Shown in pieces: positions 1 to 11,079 of a stretch of DNA of 47,611 nt (its first letter is position 1; the number at the start of each line of letters is the position of its first letter). The stretch lies in the sequence record NC_054649.1; one strand, written 5' to 3'. The notes beneath the pieces are model-generated. The model was not told the origin of the DNA and ran no database searches. It worked only from the letters and a program-made list of their open reading frames with translations. The position numbers and the translations under genes were made by a program. Source of the stretch: Escherichia phage vB_EcoS_swi2.

Positions 1-84
1 CGACAACAACAGCCACCAAAACAACAAAGCACACAAGGAGGTAATGAGACTCCGATGGACTTTGATGATTCAATACCATTTTGA
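1..84 (+). CDS. ssb: Single-stranded DNA-binding protein, C-terminal part (continuation of the ORF that begins at 47210)
   Basis: Frame 1 from base 1 reads RQQQPPKQQSTQGGNETPMDFDDSIPF then stop at 82-84; the acidic DDSIPF tail matches the E. coli SSB C-terminal tip; frame is continuous with 47210..47611. Confidence 0.7.
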   Translation, partial: RQQQPPKQQSTQGGNETPMDFDDSIPF

Positions 85-94
85 TGATAAAACT

Positions 95-118
95 AACCCC
101 GCATAAGCGGGGTTTTAT
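95..118. terminator. Rho-independent terminator hairpin downstream of the tailspike gene
   Basis: Stem ccccgc / gcgggg with ataa loop at 97-112, T-run on plus strand and T-rich flank on minus strand. Confidence 0.6.
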
Positions 119-119
119 A

Positions 120-2312
120 TTAAATTGTTGGGAAGTTTGTTGATAATGGTACTATTGCATATTCAAGTTTTGTTGGTGGTTGATTTGCCGAGCTGTATGT
201 TGAAAGAGCCTCAAGCACAATATACCCACTCCCGTTGTAGCCTGCTTTGAAGCAACTTTGCAGGTTTGCTATGGATGTGTCTCCGGGGTTTAGACGCTGG
301 TCAATAGGTGGTTTAAGGTCAGTTGCGTCGGCTCTTGATGTTGCATCATGAGCACCAGAAGACATGATATATGTAGCGTAGTTGTTTTTTATCCCACCGG
401 TTACTTTTATGTGGAGAAGGTAAAGTGAACGGTCAGATGTGGCCCCTGTTAATATCTGATGGTCAAGAGTAATTCTTATCTTTGAACCATCTGATACAGC
501 TGGTATAGTCTTGCTCAACATTGCTATGCCATTAACAGTATTATCATAACCATTGCCGATGTAGTTCCCTGAACCTACAAAAGCTGAGTTCATTCGCCAG
601 ATATCTTCTGCAGTAAATAACCCTGACGTAATGAAGTTACCTGTCCATACGTTTCTGTTTCTTTCTGGTCTGGCGTTAAGCACCATTCCTACTCCGCCAG
701 CCATAAAATTACCTGATATAACTGCCCCAGACATATCGGTCGGGTTAATACATTGCAACCTTAGAGACGTGTTTACGGCAGGGTCTAACACCATTTGCAT
801 TGTGTTACCGGTGATACTAATACCTGCGCACCATGTTCCGTTGAAACCATTGTTACTATTGTTGAGCGCCTGTGATGCTATAAAGTTAAATATCCTCTGA
901 TCTGATGGAATGCTCGCACCTTTGTAATAAAAAACATTATTAGATATGCTAACAAGTGATGTCCGTAAGAATATTGCAAAGTCATTTAACGGATTTTCTT
1001 CAAAATGAAATACGTTATTCGATATTGAAGATCTACCACCTAATCCGACGCGAGTGCTGCTATCAAATTGCATTGACATCATTTTAATGGCAGTGTTAAC
1101 AAAACGGTTTGATGTTAAAGATACTTCAAGACCACCAGTAAAAGTGTCAAATTCGCATGCACATTCCGTATTCCTGTTGCAGAAAAGATTGCCGTTAACA
1201 TTGCCGCCTATCGTAGTACCACCAACTTTACCCAAATCTGCATTAGGACCACTCTGCATAAAAACATCAAAGGTATTATTGGTCACATGGAACATTGACT
1301 TGCGAGGCGTCCCAATGTCGACGGATGCAGTCGTGTTTCCAAGAATCATCAGATATGGATATACCTCACCCTGTGCACCTGACATTCCTGCATCAGAAAT
1401 ATACTGGTCTGTGTTGTCATCAGTCTTGCAGTAGTTATTATCAACTGAGATATGTACGCTAGTTGGGTCCTGACAGTTAACCATGATGTAGCCAACACCG
1501 CAGTTAAAGCATTGCATATCTTTTAACACCACGCGCGTTGGCAAATTCGCCAGCCCATCAGGGTAATCATTGAAAATTACCTGAGGACGCTGGGTGTGGT
1601 ATGCATTTGCGGTGAACTTACCGCCGATAATCTCTACTGATTTTGCGCCAAGCGGATGGAAAATATAATCAATGCCATTGAAGGTAAATTCTCCAGCGGA
1701 AGCATCAATAATGATGTCTCCTGAGATGGTGACGGGGGTTGTTACGTCATACACGCCTGATGCGACAAGTCTTGTTTTGTTTGCCACCGCATAATTTACA
1801 GCTGCCTGTAATTTTTCTGACGCATTACCTCCGGGGAATACCTCTGGGACAACCCATTTGATGGCGTCCTGTACCGTGCCATATGGCATAATCCCAACAA
1901 GATCTGCGCCAGTCGTGTTTGCTAACTGTGTTCTCAAAGCTGCATCACCAACACTAACCCAGGAACCAACACCAATACCACCAGCTGTTTCAGGTGTTGA
2001 ACCAGCGGTGACGATTTTTGGAAACTCCCCATCCCAGCGATAATATTCTCCGTTCGCTTCATAACGCAGGGTCTGATTGGGCAGCGTCAGCGTCGCACCA
2101 TCTTCGAAGCTGTCCATCGTAATGTAGCCATAGTTGCGGATGGCCTCTTCTGCGGTGTGTTGAAAGCCAGCAATTGTCCAGCGGCGTACACCGAATCTGT
2201 CGGTATAGTAATGCGCATCAGAGTTGACAACCTCGTCGATTTTTCCGGCATTGAACTTAAGGTCGCGTGGGTCTTCTGATGGAATTGGTTTATTAGTTGG
2301 TGTGGTGGCCAT
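120..2312 (-). CDS. Tailspike / tail fiber with parallel beta-helix (pectate-lyase-like) domain, probable polysaccharide depolymerase and receptor-binding protein
   Basis: 730 aa ORF at the distal end of the tail module; Asn/Gly-rich repeated segments (NNVF, SGNF, TGNT) typical of right-handed beta-helix tailspikes; terminator immediately downstream. Confidence 0.65.
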   Translation of the reverse strand: MATTPTNKPIPSEDPRDLKFNAGKIDEVVNSDAHYYTDRFGVRRWTIAGFQHTAEEAIRNYGYITMDSFEDGATLTLPNQTLRYEANGEYYRWDGEFPKIVTAGSTPETAGGIGVGSWVSVGDAALRTQLANTTGADLVGIMPYGTVQDAIKWVVPEVFPGGNASEKLQAAVNYAVANKTRLVASGVYDVTTPVTISGDIIIDASAGEFTFNGIDYIFHPLGAKSVEIIGGKFTANAYHTQRPQVIFNDYPDGLANLPTRVVLKDMQCFNCGVGYIMVNCQDPTSVHISVDNNYCKTDDNTDQYISDAGMSGAQGEVYPYLMILGNTTASVDIGTPRKSMFHVTNNTFDVFMQSGPNADLGKVGGTTIGGNVNGNLFCNRNTECACEFDTFTGGLEVSLTSNRFVNTAIKMMSMQFDSSTRVGLGGRSSISNNVFHFEENPLNDFAIFLRTSLVSISNNVFYYKGASIPSDQRIFNFIASQALNNSNNGFNGTWCAGISITGNTMQMVLDPAVNTSLRLQCINPTDMSGAVISGNFMAGGVGMVLNARPERNRNVWTGNFITSGLFTAEDIWRMNSAFVGSGNYIGNGYDNTVNGIAMLSKTIPAVSDGSKIRITLDHQILTGATSDRSLYLLHIKVTGGIKNNYATYIMSSGAHDATSRADATDLKPPIDQRLNPGDTSIANLQSCFKAGYNGSGYIVLEALSTYSSANQPPTKLEYAIVPLSTNFPTI

Positions 2313-4734
2313 TATAATAAATGCTCCTTTGTGAATTTGATGTATATTGTATCACGATGACTGAATGGCATATTCGTACATGTCGTCGCTGTATTCGCTC
2401 ATGGTCAGAGTTGTTGTGCCGTCACTTCCCGGATTCTTCTGGCTGACAACCCACAACGTGGTATCAAGCTCTTTCTCAGTGCTCAGCACGTAACGAGATT
2501 CTGATTGCACGTTTGTACCATCCCAGATGTTTAACTTGAAATCTGATGGCAGATTGCAGGTGAATGTATGCAATCCAGTTACTGTGGCTGGCAATCTGTC
2601 TGATACGCTGCCGTCAGAACTGGTAATCACAACATAAAGATTATCATCAGCCGTTAGCTGCTCGCTGGTTGTGAGTGCGTTCCCGTTACGCGCTTCAATA
2701 ACGCCAGTCTGTTGCACGTCATCGTACATATCTACAACCTGAATCATGTCACCTACGTTAACCCATTCACCATCTGCCAGCGCTTTAATTTCCATGCTGC
2801 GACGAGAGTAAATCAGCCTGCGACATTCAAGGATTGCCCGGTCAACAGCCTGATATCGATTGCGAACATAAAGCATGTCGAATTTCTTCGCTTTAGTTGG
2901 CTCGCCTTCTACAATTCCGCTGTTGGTAATTCTATAGTAAACGTTGGCCTGCTTATTCGTTGTTGGGTCTCGATATTCGACGTTAACGCCATCATAAGTG
3001 CCGGGAAGGCTGATATCGTAACTCAGTTTGTAGCCATCGCTCTGCGTGTTTCTGGTATTGAATACAGTAGCTGGATATTCGCGTTTTTCATCACGCGAGA
3101 AACTCATCACTCCATCATCCCAGAATGCGGTGACACGCGCCGCATCGCAGATGGTCTGCAGGCGTTCACCGATGCTCTTATCCTCATCGTCAAACGTATA
3201 ATCGAAATACCCAAGTCGCTCATCAGGCAGGCTATCGGCAATTTCATACAGCTTCACGATGTCGATCGTGTTTTCTGGATTGCCAGCGGTAATCAGCCAG
3301 TTATGCAGAACAGCATCAGCAAAGCTACGAGATGGTGCAAGTGTATAGCGCACCGTGCCAGTATCCCGGTTGTATCCGATGGTATGACGCATGATTAGCG
3401 CATTATATTTCCTGTCACGGCTTCCTGTTGCGTTCTCCGTTGCGCGCACGATAACCTTAACCACCGTATCATCTGGATACGAAACGTTTCTGCGCGTGAC
3501 GATTGAATGCACTTCATCAAGCTGAATGATTGATTCTTGGGTGCTGTTGTTTGTCCTTGTAAACTGAACTGCGTATCTGGCGCTACCATATGATGGCGTT
3601 ATTTTTCTTGTGTAATAGTAGGTATCTGCTCCTCCAGCCACAAAGGTATATGTGGTTGATTGGTATGAACCTGCAATCTGCACGTTATCATCATCCACCG
3701 CCCACCACTCAGCTTTGACAATAGCACCCTGATCTTCACCAAATTGAGCAACAAAGTGGAACCACAGCTGATCACCTTCTATTGGTGAGAAATACGGACC
3801 TGAAACAAGAGGTTGGTTATCAGTAAGGTTGAAGTAAGTGTTATTGATGGTTGCGCCACTCAAGGATGATATCGGTGCGCCTGAGTAGTTGATGTTATTA
3901 ATTATAAATGTATACCAGTAATCAACGGGTGGAATATTTCCATCATCCGTTTCTGATGCTGACACAAGACTACCTGACAAGGTGACGTTTTCAGTGACCG
4001 ACGTGCCGCCGCCAAGCGCGTAAGTGATGTTTAGTTTGAAAACCACATCATGAGGCATAACCAAATCAACAAAGTAATCGAAAGCGGAATTTTTTGGTAT
4101 TTTTACAGCTATTTGTCCGCCAGCAAAGTCAGTGCTGGTCACCGATGTTGTTGTGGCTGACTCAATGACAACAGAGTTAGTGTCGTTTGGCCCATACAGT
4201 TCCTGACCGTCAACGTCATCAAATGCGTAAGGTTCAAGAACAACAGGGATAACTTCTCCAGGCTGATAAATGGTGTAACTAGCGCCAGCCAGAGAGCCGA
4301 GGTTTGATTCCGAATAACGCACAGAAGATACATCATACTTACCGAGGCCAAAGTTCATGAACTCGGTGACGTATTTAATATTATTGATGTATTCGAATAA
4401 TGATTCCTGAAGTAAGTCAGGAAACGCACGAATCTGTCCGAAGTTATCAGGGCGCGCCTCGCCGTTACGAGCAATGTTAGTCTGTGCCTTCAGGCTGGTA
4501 TTTGGTGATGTTTTTGAGCTGGTATCCGTTTTGGGTGTGGATACCTTCGGCGTAAGGAAGGAGAAAATCTTCGTTACTGGTTTCAGTATCGCACCGATCA
4601 GGTCGCCGATTGCGCCGGATGGCTGACAATAAACGTTGACAACGTCGCCATCGCGCAGGCAGAAGGAAAGCTCATCATCTTCACCAAGCACTCTGCCATT
4701 TACCGCAATTGAAATGCTGGCAGGAAGATTTGAT

Positions 4735-6189
<1,455 letters not shown>

Positions 6190-6277
6190 TCATAAGTGCA
6201 GCTAGTCCGGCCAGATGAAAAGCGATTGGTTATCGCCTGCTGCATCACTTCAAACCACCTTTAACCGAGGATTCAAT

Positions 6278-7156
6278 ATGAGTAAGTCAACCGCTGAAGA
6301 ATTTATTATAAAAGCCAGAGGTATTCATGGTGATAAATATCTTTATGATGCTGTTTCTTATATAAAAAGTTCGATAAAGGTAAAGATAACATGCCGTAAG
6401 CATGGGCTATTTGAGCAGACTCCAAACTCTCATTTGAATGGAGCTGGATGCCCTTCTTGCTCTGGAAATAAGAAGAAAACAACGCGTGAATTTGTGGCTG
6501 ATGCGATTGCAAAGCATGGTGACTCTTATGATTATTCTAAAGTTGAATACAGAGGCGGTCACAAGAAAGTAAAAATAATATGCAAAGTACATAATTTTGA
6601 GTTTTCTCAGGAGGCCAACAGCCACCTTAATGGGTGTGGTTGCCCTGTTTGCGCAAGGGAGAAAATTACAGCATCTGTAACTAAGGGGTTCAATAAGTTC
6701 AAGAAAGATGCCATTATAATTCATGGGAATAAGTACCATTATGATTGCTTGTCATACATTAATGTGACAACAAAAATGAGAATAAAATGCCCAGAGCATG
6801 GGTGGTTTACAAAGACGCCAGATAAGCATCTCCAAGGGCAAGGTTGCCCTCATTGCTCCAAGGGAGGTTTCAAGCTGAAAGAAAAGGCCTTTGTTTACTT
6901 CTTGTTCTCAGGAAACGAAATTAAAGTTGGGATCACTAACAATCTTAGGCGTAGAGTTTGTCAGTTAAAGAAAAACACACCATTTGATTTTCACGTCATA
7001 TCAAAAATAAAGACAATAGGTAGTGATGCCCTTGCTATTGAAAAGTACTATCATAAGAAATACGAAAGTGCAGGACTGACAGGGTTTGATGGCGCAACGG
7101 AGTGGCTTAAATATTCACCTGAATTAATGGATGAGATAATGAACAAAGCCCCGTAA
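6278..7156 (+). CDS. T5orf172 / GIY-YIG-like domain protein with three tandem Cys/His zinc-finger repeats (putative homing endonuclease)
   Basis: Three about 45 aa repeats each with C-x-x-HG ... HL-x-G-x-GCP-x-C; C-terminal VYFLFSGNEIKVGITNNLRRR motif typical of T5orf172; GAGGA RBS before ATG 6278; AT-rich; opposite strand to flanking tail genes. Confidence 0.6.
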   Translation: MSKSTAEEFIIKARGIHGDKYLYDAVSYIKSSIKVKITCRKHGLFEQTPNSHLNGAGCPSCSGNKKKTTREFVADAIAKHGDSYDYSKVEYRGGHKKVKIICKVHNFEFSQEANSHLNGCGCPVCAREKITASVTKGFNKFKKDAIIIHGNKYHYDCLSYINVTTKMRIKCPEHGWFTKTPDKHLQGQGCPHCSKGGFKLKEKAFVYFLFSGNEIKVGITNNLRRRVCQLKKNTPFDFHVISKIKTIGSDALAIEKYYHKKYESAGLTGFDGATEWLKYSPELMDEIMNKAP

Positions 7157-7170
7157 GGGGCTTATTTTTC
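7146..7170. terminator. Bidirectional terminator hairpin between convergent genes
   Basis: agcccc gtaa ggggct hairpin followed by T-run; overlaps stop codon of the plus-strand gene. Confidence 0.6.
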
Positions 7171-9547
7171 ACTCTGTTGCTCTCCTGTTGGTATTAAAGT
7201 TTCTTGAGATAGATTGGCTCATCGGTCCGCCTTCATTCATATCGGATATAAATGTCTCAATAGTTATCGAGCCATCACCGTTATCAGTGGCTCTGCTTGT
7301 TGCGCTAGCATTGCTTGAATTATTGTAAACATTATTATAGACCACAACTCCGCCACCTCCACCGGAAATATCCTTATTGCTGATAACCTTTCCTGAGTTG
7401 CCAGGTATCATGTATTGCCTGCCTGTACTCGCCTGGAATATTTCTGGTGCATTTCCCTCGCCCACTTCGTACATACTTCCTGCACTAACAGGGCCACCAT
7501 TTTTTCGCTTGCCAGCAATTCCCATCGCCAGCGCCCCGAGAACAGCACCTACCCCAATTGCAGCCGCTCCACCGAAAGAACCGATTGATGCGACGATTGC
7601 CGCAGGAGTCCATGCTGCCGTTGTGGTGGCTGCCGCTGCAGTTGATGCTGCTGTTGTGGTTGCCAGTCCTGCCGTTTGCGCCGCTGTGGTGGTAGCTGTT
7701 GCCGCAACCTGCGCAGTCTGCCCCATAACGGCGGATTTAACCCACTGAACGCCCATTTCAACAAAGCTGTTTACCAGAGAATTCAGCACCGTAGAGCCGA
7801 GGCTGCGCATTGCATCCTGAACGCTCATTGTGCCTGTGAGCAATCCAGTGATGCTGTTTGATGCTGCACTCATCGCTGAATCAAGCGCCGTGCCGAACAA
7901 TTGCGCCCCGAGGCTTTGCTGCTGCCATTCAGCCCACATCGCATCCATTCTCTGCTGGCGATACTGCGCTTCAATTGCTGCGCGAGCCTGCTCAATCTCC
8001 GTGATTTTCTGCGGATATGCTGCGGCGTAGGCGTCAAGGTCAGCCATGCGTTGCTGGTATTCGCTATCAATGCCAGCCGTTGGCGACGCAATGGCGCGTA
8101 ATCCCTGATATGATTGTTCTACTCGCTGTCTTTCCTTCTCAGCTGCTGCCTGCTCCTTCAGTGCATTCTTCTGGTCCCAAATCTTGGCAGCGTACTCGCC
8201 AGCCAGTTTTATCTGCTCCTGAGTTGCCGACTTGCCAAGCGATTGCTGCGCGTTGAGGATGGCTTGCTCGCGGGATAGTTCGCTGGTAGATGTGGCATTG
8301 AGCATGGTTTGCTGGCGTAATTTCTCCAGCTTTTCAGCCACTGACTCAGCTTGCCGTTCTTCTGCACTTTTTCCTGTTGCTTTTTTCTTTTTCTCTTTCT
8401 CTGCTGCTTTTGGCACTGTCAAGTGCGCCTGCGCCTTTGCCGCTTCCCCTGTCGATTTGGTGACAGCATCCATATCCGCGACCAATGTGGCCGCCTGATT
8501 TGCTACCGCCGCTATGGCTTGATTCTGCGCAGCCCAACCATCAATTCCAATCCATGACCATGTTCTTGCTCTACGACTGAACATTTCTGCTGTTGATGTC
8601 AAATCAGAAATAACCTCTGCCGCACCTATGGTCTGACCAGTTAGTCTGTTGATTGCTGAGGTAATAGAGTCAATAACTGAAACAAAGGTAGAACTGGCTC
8701 CGGTTGCTTCGTTTATGCTTGCTATCATTTTTGCAAATGATGTTTCAAGACTGCCAGTCGCCTGAGATATAGAGCGCGGTAGCTTTGCGAACTCAGCATT
8801 GACGACACTCGTCCTGTCCTGAATGGCATTCAGTGCATCTTCTGCTGTCAGTTTGCCATCGAGCATTCTTGCGCGAAGTTCACCCATTGAAATGCCAAGA
8901 CCCGCCGCAATCTGGCGAGCAAGCTCAGGCATCTGTTCAAGGATGGAGTTAAATTCTTCGGCGCGGATTGTGCCAGATGCGATTGACTGACCGAACTGAC
9001 GTAATGCATTCGCCATTTCTTCAGTTGATGACCCACCTATTCGACCTATTTTTTGCAGGGTATCTGTAAGGTTCAGAACCTGCGCATTTGTCGCTCCAGC
9101 CTCTTTCAGTGATGACGTCAATGTTTCCCACAACTTCGTAGTGTCACTGAGGCTTGCGCCAGTGGTCGAGGCGATATTTGCCAGTGTGCTGAATGTTTCG
9201 TTCGCGGTTTTCGCATCAGTTGACAGGCGAGCAATCCTTGCCTGAAGCTGAGTCATGTTATCGGCAACCTCAAGGAATCGCTTTCCCCATTCGATAATCA
9301 GTGACACGGATATTGCGCCAGCCAGCATCGACATGCTGGTTTTAAGCCCTGAAGCTGCGCCGCCAGCATTCTTCATTCCGCTGCCAGCATTGCGCGCGCC
9401 TTTATCCAGCTTGTTGAACTCTCCTGTAGTCTTGTTTAGTGATGATTCAAGGTCATCTAAAGTCTTATTGGCTGTTGTCGCGCCAGCTTTCAGGCCTTTA
9501 ACATCCATCCCGACTTCATAGACAATTCCGCCGACTTCTTCAGCCAT
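7169..9547 (-). CDS. Tail tape measure protein
   Basis: 792 aa, Ala/Gln-rich predicted coiled-coil over most of length, Ala/Thr/Gly-rich hydrophobic segment near C-terminus, position between chaperone and minor tail genes. Confidence 0.8.
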   Translation of the reverse strand: MAEEVGGIVYEVGMDVKGLKAGATTANKTLDDLESSLNKTTGEFNKLDKGARNAGSGMKNAGGAASGLKTSMSMLAGAISVSLIIEWGKRFLEVADNMTQLQARIARLSTDAKTANETFSTLANIASTTGASLSDTTKLWETLTSSLKEAGATNAQVLNLTDTLQKIGRIGGSSTEEMANALRQFGQSIASGTIRAEEFNSILEQMPELARQIAAGLGISMGELRARMLDGKLTAEDALNAIQDRTSVVNAEFAKLPRSISQATGSLETSFAKMIASINEATGASSTFVSVIDSITSAINRLTGQTIGAAEVISDLTSTAEMFSRRARTWSWIGIDGWAAQNQAIAAVANQAATLVADMDAVTKSTGEAAKAQAHLTVPKAAEKEKKKKATGKSAEERQAESVAEKLEKLRQQTMLNATSTSELSREQAILNAQQSLGKSATQEQIKLAGEYAAKIWDQKNALKEQAAAEKERQRVEQSYQGLRAIASPTAGIDSEYQQRMADLDAYAAAYPQKITEIEQARAAIEAQYRQQRMDAMWAEWQQQSLGAQLFGTALDSAMSAASNSITGLLTGTMSVQDAMRSLGSTVLNSLVNSFVEMGVQWVKSAVMGQTAQVAATATTTAAQTAGLATTTAASTAAAATTTAAWTPAAIVASIGSFGGAAAIGVGAVLGALAMGIAGKRKNGGPVSAGSMYEVGEGNAPEIFQASTGRQYMIPGNSGKVISNKDISGGGGGVVVYNNVYNNSSNASATSRATDNGDGSITIETFISDMNEGGPMSQSISRNFNTNRRATE

Positions 9548-10293
9548 TATGTGTTCCTCGCTTTTTTCGCTTTGCGTTCAGCCAGTGCCTTCATGCGCTC
9601 ACGGTCTGCTTTAGCCTGATCGTACTCTGCCGCGCGTTCTTCTTTCGTTAACCCTTTCGGCTCTGGATATTTATTCTTAATCATCATCTGAAACTCTGTC
9701 ATGGACAGGTTTTCAGCCTCATCGCGCGTCATGTCGAAATGCGTGCGTGCTGAGATGATGTATTGCGATGCATGAAATTCGTTTGTGGTTTTCTTGCCTT
9801 GCTCTTCCAGACGCTCAGGAACTTTGAGTGGTGACTTGCCGATGATGCCGTGCTCCATTAATGAGCGGGCAATCTCAATAATTCCACCTGTTCCCCCTGG
9901 CAAATGCCCAGTGCCGCCAATTGGCATTACTCCCGGCACATATCTCACACCACGCGGAGTTGGCTTCCATCCACCAATCAGCACGGAAATATCATCTTCA
10001 CAGCATGACTGCATGACGATGTAGGCGGCGCTCAGTACATGGCGACCATACACGGGCTTGCTGATGGTCTTCATGACCTGCATCTGCGCGCCAAATGGCA
10101 GGTATTCGACGTGCTGCAATGGCGCAACATAATCAATGCCATTGAGCTTAGCGTACACCTCGACGATTTCCTTTGGTGTGCCGATTTCATTCATGGCGCG
10201 GAATGATGGCTTAAAGAAAAAACTCCTGTCAGAAAGCGAGATGCGCATCTCCCCGATTTCTGTTAGTGGCGTGCGATTGCTCATGTTTTGCAT
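9547..10293 (-). CDS. Putative tail assembly chaperone (G/T-equivalent by position)
   Basis: 248 aa ORF immediately upstream of tape measure gene; exact start uncertain (several in-frame ATGs). Confidence 0.4.
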   Translation of the reverse strand: MQNMSNRTPLTEIGEMRISLSDRSFFFKPSFRAMNEIGTPKEIVEVYAKLNGIDYVAPLQHVEYLPFGAQMQVMKTISKPVYGRHVLSAAYIVMQSCCEDDISVLIGGWKPTPRGVRYVPGVMPIGGTGHLPGGTGGIIEIARSLMEHGIIGKSPLKVPERLEEQGKKTTNEFHASQYIISARTHFDMTRDEAENLSMTEFQMMIKNKYPEPKGLTKEERAAEYDQAKADRERMKALAERKAKKARNT

Positions 10294-10313
10294 CCTGAAT
10301 TTGACTGATGTTG

Positions 10314-10319
10314 ATTATA
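10314..10319 (-). promoter_or_regulatory. Minus-strand -10 element (TATAAT) upstream of the chaperone gene
   Basis: Perfect TATAAT on minus strand about 20 nt upstream of ATG 10293. Confidence 0.3.
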
Positions 10320-10333
10320 TCATCTCAGTGGTG

Positions 10334-10362
10334 TTGACACCTGCTAGGTGGTGATGTAGATT
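10334..10362 (+). promoter_or_regulatory. Sigma70-type promoter TTGACA-N17-TAGATT
   Basis: -35 TTGACA 10334-10339, 17 nt spacer ending gtgatg, -10 TAGATT 10357-10362; 35 nt upstream of ORF 10398. Confidence 0.6.
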
Positions 10363-10397
10363 CAAGTCATGGAAGCAGATGAGGAATGAGGTGATTT

Positions 10398-10712
10398 ATG
10401 ATTAATAAGAAAATTATTATTTGTGGTTTGTCAGCGGTATTTCTGATTGGCGCAATGCAGGTAGCTGTCATGCTTGGGTTTATGAAGCCTCTATTCATGT
10501 TCAGTTATAGCGGAGCAATACAGAGCGTATCACTGTTATTTGTTATTGGTTTAGTTATTTTTGTGTACCTTTTGCCTGCATTTGTGGCGCTACAACGCAA
10601 GCATGTAAACACAACAGCAATTTGCGTGCTGAATATTTTTGCTGGCTGGTGTTTCTTTGGTTGGGTGGCTGCACTGGTTTGGGCTTTGGTTAAAAGTGGC
10701 GACAAGAAATGA
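10398..10712 (+). CDS. Small integral membrane protein (accessory gene; candidate superinfection-exclusion type protein)
   Basis: 104 aa with several long hydrophobic segments; own promoter; plus strand inside minus-strand tail cluster. Confidence 0.5.
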   Translation: MINKKIIICGLSAVFLIGAMQVAVMLGFMKPLFMFSYSGAIQSVSLLFVIGLVIFVYLLPAFVALQRKHVNTTAICVLNIFAGWCFFGWVAALVWALVKSGDKK

Positions 10713-10852
10713 ACGAACAAACAAAAGCTGACCTGACTTTCTACACTGAATTGTATGTTGATGCTGGTTATGACTACGAAGAAGCAGAGCGAATGGCAAA
10801 AGACCTGCTTCGTGTGATTGGTGTGATTTTTGATGAGGATAAGGTGATATGA
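10709..10852 (+). CDS. Small acidic hypothetical protein
   Basis: 47 aa ORF with ATGA start/stop overlaps to both neighbours. Confidence 0.35.
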   Translation: MNEQTKADLTFYTELYVDAGYDYEEAERMAKDLLRVIGVIFDEDKVI

Positions 10853-11049
10853 GCCAGTGGATTAAGTGTAGTGATAGGATGCCTGAAGAAGGCGAGATGG
10901 TTCTCACAGCATTTCGTGGTGTCGTTAGAACTGCGGTATGTAAAGTTATCGACAACATTGGCAGTAAGATTTTTGTTAGTGAATTAGAACGCTGTCACGG
11001 CATTCCAGCTACCCATTGGGCCAATCCACCAGAACCACCACAAGAATAA
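10849..11049 (+). CDS. Hypothetical protein (DUF551-like N-terminus MSQWIKCSDRMPEEG)
   Basis: 66 aa ORF, ATGA coupled, followed by terminator. Confidence 0.4.
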   Translation: MSQWIKCSDRMPEEGEMVLTAFRGVVRTAVCKVIDNIGSKIFVSELERCHGIPATHWANPPEPPQE

Positions 11050-11052
11050 AAC

Positions 11053-11078
11053 AAAGCCCCTTTCGGGGCTTTTTCTTT
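11053..11078. terminator. Bidirectional terminator hairpin
   Basis: aaagcccc tttc ggggcttt followed by T-run; between convergent plus accessory operon and major tail gene. Confidence 0.6.
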
Positions 11079-11079
11079 A

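Noticed and set aside
631-3398. Several plus-strand ORFs of 60-228 aa (631..900, 1054..1434, 1858..2043, 2712..3398)
   Set aside because: All are embedded antisense within the long tailspike and J-like genes and lack start context; treated as spurious.
7377-8557. Multiple overlapping ORFs on both strands inside the tape measure gene
   Set aside because: Ala/Pro/Arg-rich translations arising from the repetitive GC-rich tape measure sequence; no independent support.
9547-10293. Programmed -1 frameshift (G/GT-type) in the tail chaperone gene
   Set aside because: Expected by analogy with lambda, but no convincing slippery heptamer with a downstream extended frame could be identified by eye; not claimed.
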